Assembly (NCBI GenBank): GCA_048526005.1 | Contig: DBFVEH010000013.1 | Coordinates: 199 to 64,198, forward strand | Direction: 5' to 3' | Origin: Eubacteriales bacterium | GTDB taxonomy: Bacteria > Bacillota > Clostridia > Oscillospirales > CAG-272 | Length of the DNA stretch: 64,000 bases | Part shown: one piece after another, positions 59,573 to 64,000 of the stretch | How positions within the stretch are numbered: the first letter of the stretch is position 1 | Layout of the letters: each line of letters begins with the position of its first letter | The notes under the pieces: model-generated | What the model saw: only the letters and a program-made list of their open reading frames with translations | What the model was told of the DNA's origin: nothing | Database searches by the model: none | Position numbers and translations under genes: made by a program

Positions 59573-60997
59573 ATGGGTGGATTTTTCGGGATATCATCAA
59601 AGCGGGATTGCCTTGCGGACGTGTTTTTCGGCACGGACTATCATTCGCATCTCGGGACACGCCGCGGCGGACTTGCGGCATATGACAGGGATATCGGCCT
59701 GCAAAGGGCGATTCACAACATAGAAAACTCGCCGTTCCGGACGAAATTCGAGCATGTTTTTGAGGAGATGCAGGGCACCTCGGCGATCGGCTGCATCAGC
59801 GACAGCGACCCGCAGCCGCTGCTGATCCGCTCGAAGCTCGGCACATATGCCATTTGCATCATCGGGATCGTGAACAATGCGGAGGCTCTGACAGAGAAAT
59901 TCTTTTCCAACGATGCCGGCCATTTCAACGCGATGACGGGCGGTGCGGTCAATGCGACGGAGCTTGTCGCCGCGCTGATCAGCCGGCAGGATAATTTCGC
60001 CGACGGCATTCGGTTTGCCCAAGAGGTCATCGAGGGCACGGCCTCGATTCTGATTTTGAAGGACGACGGAGCGCTCATCGCCGCGCGTGACAAGGTCGGA
60101 CGCCTGCCGGTGCTGATCGGCAAAAACGAGGACGGCTACGCCGTCACCTTTGAATCCTTTGCCTATAAGAAGCTCGGCTATGAGGATGAAAAGGAGCTCG
60201 GTCCCGGCGAGATCGTGGAGATCACGCCGGAGGGGATAAAGCAGCTTGTTCCCCCGGGCGAAAAAATGAGGATATGCGCTTTTCTGTGGTCTTACTACGG
60301 CTATCCGACCTCCAATTATGAGGGAGTTAATGTGGAGACGATGCGCTACCGCAACGGAGAGGTCATGGCGGAAAGCGACAAGGCGGCGGGCAACGCCGAG
60401 GATATCGATTATGTCGGCGGCGTGCCGGATTCGGGAACGCCCCACGCGATCGGTTATGCGAATAGGAGCGGCGTGCCGTTCGCTCGTCCGTTCATCAAAT
60501 ATACGCCGACGTGGCCGCGCAGCTTCATGCCTCCAAAGCAGACCGAGCGCAACAAGGTTGCGAAAATGAAGCTTGTTCCCGTGCATGAGCTGATTCAGGA
60601 TAAGAGCCTTTTGTTTGTCGACGACTCGATTGTCCGCGGCACGCAGCTGCGCGAAACGGTGGAATTTCTCTACGACAACGGCGCCAAGGCGGTACATATG
60701 CGCTCCGCCTGTCCGCCGATCATGTATAGCTGCAAGTACCTCAACTTTTCAAGAGGGACAAGCGATATGGAGCTGATCGCACGGCGCGTCATCATGGAGC
60801 TTGAGGGAGAAGAGGGCTTTCATCATATCGAAGAATACAGCGACGCCTCGACTGAGCGCGGCAAGAACCTGAGAAAAACGATCTGTGAAAAATTTCACTT
60901 CGCGTCGCTGGAATTTCAGTCGCTCGACGGGATCGTCAAGGCGATCGGCCTTGAACCCTGCAAGCTGTGTACCTATTGCTGGAGCGGAAAAGAATAA
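59573..60997 (+). CDS. Amidophosphoribosyltransferase-like paralog lacking the N-terminal Cys nucleophile
   Basis: The N-terminus MGGFFGI replaces the canonical MCG(I/V)FG. PRPP loop LLFVDDSIVRGTQ is retained. C-terminal Cys residues are present (CPPIMYSCKY, CKLCTYCW). Confidence 0.8.
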   Translation: MGGFFGISSKRDCLADVFFGTDYHSHLGTRRGGLAAYDRDIGLQRAIHNIENSPFRTKFEHVFEEMQGTSAIGCISDSDPQPLLIRSKLGTYAICIIGIVNNAEALTEKFFSNDAGHFNAMTGGAVNATELVAALISRQDNFADGIRFAQEVIEGTASILILKDDGALIAARDKVGRLPVLIGKNEDGYAVTFESFAYKKLGYEDEKELGPGEIVEITPEGIKQLVPPGEKMRICAFLWSYYGYPTSNYEGVNVETMRYRNGEVMAESDKAAGNAEDIDYVGGVPDSGTPHAIGYANRSGVPFARPFIKYTPTWPRSFMPPKQTERNKVAKMKLVPVHELIQDKSLLFVDDSIVRGTQLRETVEFLYDNGAKAVHMRSACPPIMYSCKYLNFSRGTSDMELIARRVIMELEGEEGFHHIEEYSDASTERGKNLRKTICEKFHFASLEFQSLDGIVKAIGLEPCKLCTYCWSGKE

Positions 60998-61448
60998 AGC
61001 GCGCCTCTATGGAGAGGGACCGAAAATCCTCTCTGCCCCGCAAGGCGTACCAGCCCAAGCGGTGCTCTGCGGCGGTGGCTGGATGAATGCCGCTCGAACT
61101 GGTGAAAAACGATTTTTCGGTGTCTTGGAGAGCTTTGATCGCCGCGCTTCCTGCTATGGACGGCGGCTGAATCTGCGATCATGACGAGCAACGCGACATG
61201 TTTCTTTGCGCTTGCGGTTTTTTGTATCCCGGAACTGTCGTCCCGCCCGAGGGGGGTCCGTTATGAACCGGCGGCGTCGCGGCCTTGGGATCGGCGGACG
61301 AAAAATCGGCATACCGACGGCTGTTTCCGAGGCGGGAAAAGGATACGTCATAAGCGTGCGTGAGGTAAAAATCGGCGTTTGCCGGAGCCTCATATAAAAC
61401 CATGATAAACGACAGAAAGCCGCAAAGGCGGCAGAATGGAGAGTAGAT

Positions 61449-62489
61449 ATGCAGAATTCCAAATCAGAAAGCTACGCCGCGGCAGGCGTCGACATCACCG
61501 CCGGCTACCGCGCCGTCGAGCTGATGAAAAAACACATTGCCAAAACCATGACATCCGGCGTGGTGTCGGATATCGGCGGCTTCGGCGGTCTTTTTGCGCT
61601 CGATCTCGGCGAATTTTCCCATCCGGTGCTCGTCAGCGGCACCGACGGCGTCGGCACGAAATTGAAGCTTGCGTTTCTCATGGACAAGCATGACACCGTC
61701 GGCATCGACTGCGTCGCCATGTGTGTGAACGACATCATTTGCAGCGGCGCGCGTCCGCTCTTCTTCCTCGATTATATCGCCTGCGGCAAAAATGTGCCGG
61801 AAAAGATCGCGGCGATCGTCTCCGGCGTGGCGGAGGGCTGTGTGCAGGCCGGCTGCGCGCTGATCGGCGGCGAGACTGCGGAAATGCCCGGCTTTTATCC
61901 CGCGGACGAATACGACCTCGCCGGTTTTTCGGTCGGCGCTGTCAACAAAGAGGACATCATCGACAACAAAACGATGAAAGCGGGCGACGTGATGCTGGCG
62001 CTTCCGTCCTCCGGCGTGCATTCCAACGGCTTTTCGCTTGTGCGCCGCGTCTTTGACGTGGAAAACGCCGACATCCAGTCGCCGGTCGCGACTCTCGGAG
62101 GAAGATCCGTCGGGGAAACGCTTCTCACGCCGACTAAAATTTACGTAAAGCCCGTCATGGCGCTTCTTTCTAAAATCTCTGTCAAGGGGATCTCCCATAT
62201 CACGGGCGGCGGCTTCTATGAAAATATCCCGCGCAGCATTCCGGACGGGCTCGGTGCAAAAATCGAAAAAAGCGCTGTGCGCGTGCTCCCGATTTTCGAT
62301 CTGATTGCCAAGAAAGGCGGGGTCCCGGAGCGCGACATGTTCAACACATTCAATATGGGCGTCGGCATGAGCGTCGTCGTGGACAAAAACGACGCGGATG
62401 CGGCGCTTGCCATCCTGCGGGAGCACGGCGAGGACGCCTATGTGCTCGGCGAAATCGTGGAATCGGATGAAAAGGTAAGCCTATGCTGA
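61449..62489 (+). CDS. purM: Phosphoribosylformylglycinamidine cyclo-ligase (AIR synthase)
   Basis: [30 protein letters not shown] motifs. Confidence 0.95.
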   Translation: MQNSKSESYAAAGVDITAGYRAVELMKKHIAKTMTSGVVSDIGGFGGLFALDLGEFSHPVLVSGTDGVGTKLKLAFLMDKHDTVGIDCVAMCVNDIICSGARPLFFLDYIACGKNVPEKIAAIVSGVAEGCVQAGCALIGGETAEMPGFYPADEYDLAGFSVGAVNKEDIIDNKTMKAGDVMLALPSSGVHSNGFSLVRRVFDVENADIQSPVATLGGRSVGETLLTPTKIYVKPVMALLSKISVKGISHITGGGFYENIPRSIPDGLGAKIEKSAVRVLPIFDLIAKKGGVPERDMFNTFNMGVGMSVVVDKNDADAALAILREHGEDAYVLGEIVESDEKVSLC

Positions 62490-63169
62490 GGCGGGACATT
62501 ATCCTCGGCGTGATCGCCGGAATTTTAATCGGCATCGGCGGGAGCGTTTATCTCGCCTGCGACAGCAAATACGTCGGCGCGGTGCTGTTTTCGGTGGCGC
62601 TGCTCTGCATCTGTATGCGCGGCTTTGCGCTGTTCACAGGCAAGGTCGGTTTTCTCGTCGTATCGCACGGGAAAGCGGACGTTTCAGCGACGCTTCTTTC
62701 GCTTGCCGGCAATCTTGTCGGCACCTTCCTCGCCGGTATCGCGGTGCGTTTCGCTCTGCCGGCGCTTGGCGAGCGGGCGCTTTCCTTATGCGAGGGAAAG
62801 CTTGCGCAGACCGTGCCCGAAACGCTTGTCCGCGCCGTGTTCTGCGGGATTCTCATGTATCTCGCCGTTGTGATTTGGCGTGAGAACCGGTCGCCGCTCG
62901 GCATTTTTCTCTGCGTGCCGGTCTTTATTCTCAGCGGCTTTGAGCATTCCATCGCCAATATGTTTTATTTTTCGGCGTCCGGTATCGTGAGCTTTGAGGC
63001 TTTTCTGTATCTGTGGCTCGTTATTCTCGGCAACGCCGCGGGCGGAATGCTCCTTCCGGCGCTTCTGCTCCTCTGTCGGGAAAAGCCGAAAGAGGCGGCC
63101 GTCCCGTCGGAGCCTGCGGAGCAGGGTGATACGAATTCCTTGTCCGTCGGCGCCGCCGCTCATAAGTAA
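62483..63169 (+). CDS. Formate/nitrite transporter (FNT) family channel, short form
   Basis: [30 protein letters not shown] and [13 protein letters not shown] match FNT signature regions. The ATG overlaps the purM stop by 7 nt. Confidence 0.75.
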   Translation: MLRRDIILGVIAGILIGIGGSVYLACDSKYVGAVLFSVALLCICMRGFALFTGKVGFLVVSHGKADVSATLLSLAGNLVGTFLAGIAVRFALPALGERALSLCEGKLAQTVPETLVRAVFCGILMYLAVVIWRENRSPLGIFLCVPVFILSGFEHSIANMFYFSASGIVSFEAFLYLWLVILGNAAGGMLLPALLLLCREKPKEAAVPSEPAEQGDTNSLSVGAAAHK

Positions 63170-63190
63170 AAAACGGAAAGGATTGTGCCT

Positions 63191-63829
63191 ATGGCTTCTC
63201 TTGTGAAAATCGCCGTTTTCGTTTCGGGCGGCGGCACCAATCTACAGGCGCTCATCGACGCGCAGCGGACGGGCGTTCTGCATTCCGGTACGCTCTCCCT
63301 TGTCATTTCGAGCAAAGAGGGCGTATACGCGCTGGAACGCGCCGAAATGGCGGGGATTCCGTCCTGTGTAGTATCAAAAGCCGCCTGCGGCTCGCAGGAG
63401 GCGTTTGAAGCGGAGATCAAGCGGATTCTGCGGGAAAACAAAATCGAGCTCATCATCTTGGCCGGCTTTATGAGCATTCTGTCGGCGGATTTTACCGCCG
63501 CCTATCCGAAGCGCATTATCAACGTACATCCCGCCCTGATTCCGTCGTTCTGCGGCAAGGGCTTTTATGGGCTTCACGTGCATGAAGCGGCGCTCGCTTA
63601 CGGCGTCAAGGTGACGGGCGCGACGGTGCATTTTGTCAATGAGGTCCCCGACGGCGGAGAGATTCTTCTGCAAAAGGCGGTCGAGGTCAAAGAGGGAGAC
63701 ACGCCGGAGAGCTTGCAGCGCCGCGTGATGGAGGAGGCGGAATGGAAGCTGCTTCCCGCGGCGGCGGAGATGGTTTCGGCAAAAATAAAGGAGATGGGAG
63801 AAAATTATGAGCATATACGAAATTCATGA
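63191..63829 (+). CDS. purN: Phosphoribosylglycinamide formyltransferase
   Basis: IAVFVSGGGTNLQALID, NVHPALIP, ATVHFV, D..DGG motifs. Confidence 0.9.
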   Translation: MASLVKIAVFVSGGGTNLQALIDAQRTGVLHSGTLSLVISSKEGVYALERAEMAGIPSCVVSKAACGSQEAFEAEIKRILRENKIELIILAGFMSILSADFTAAYPKRIINVHPALIPSFCGKGFYGLHVHEAALAYGVKVTGATVHFVNEVPDGGEILLQKAVEVKEGDTPESLQRRVMEEAEWKLLPAAAEMVSAKIKEMGENYEHIRNS

Positions 63830-64000
63830 GATGGGCGAGGCGGTACGCGGCAACAGCTATGTCGGACGCGGCATCGTCGTCGGCAAAAGCGCGGACGGAA
63901 AAAAGGCGGTATTCGCTTATTTTATCATGGGACGCAGCGAAAACAGCCGCAACCGGATTTTTGTGGAAAATGGGGACGAGGTCATCATTCATCCGTTCGA
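63806..64000 (+). CDS. purO: IMP cyclohydrolase, PurO-type (5' part; runs off the window)
   Basis: Own translation from ATG 63806: MSIYEIHEMGEAVRGNSYVGRGIVVGKSADGKKAVFAYFIMGRSENSRNRIF. The YFIMGRSENSRNR block is characteristic of the PurO-like IMP cyclohydrolase family. RBS GGAGATGGGAG. Confidence 0.65.

Overview
GC-rich Firmicutes/Clostridia-type chromosomal segment (T-box leader, HPr kinase, GdpP, DUF421/DUF4363 pair), mostly housekeeping. Left to right: a tandem array of an unclassified ~408-bp hairpin-dense repeat; pgk-tpiA; a GldA/F/G-like ABC operon on the minus strand; lipid kinase; SGNH hydrolase; pepF; a second array of the same repeat; serS with a T-box leader; a URO-D-family gene and an orphan family-5 solute-binding lipoprotein; DUF4363/DUF421; hprK; yybS-like and gdpP; GDPD; FAD/Rieske oxidoreductase; a GH94-like phosphorylase; ADP-ribosylglycohydrolase; a small Cys-rich tandem-repeat ORF; yccF; two paralogous MarR + heterodimeric ABC exporter modules; trmB; rpmB; phosphohexomutase; yebC; argS; a cell-wall polysaccharide/teichoic-type cluster; and a pur operon (purE-purC-purF-purF-like-purM-FNT-purN-purO) behind a ZTP-type riboswitch. 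I saw no rRNA, tRNA, CRISPR, transposase, integrase, prophage or recognisable defence genes, and I cannot point to a multi-gene novel system. The most unusual items are: (1) the ~408-bp mosaic repeat present as tandem arrays at two loci, with stem-preserving substitutions between copies; (2) a 109-codon Cys-rich ORF built from near-perfect 60-bp repeats; (3) a ~200-nt nested-stem GC-rich element in a gene-free 700-nt gap upstream of trmB; (4) oddities in the pur operon (a PurF paralog lacking the Cys nucleophile, an embedded FNT channel, a 450-nt internal spacer). All coordinates and motifs were read by eye. Homology calls rest on recognised motifs, not searches.
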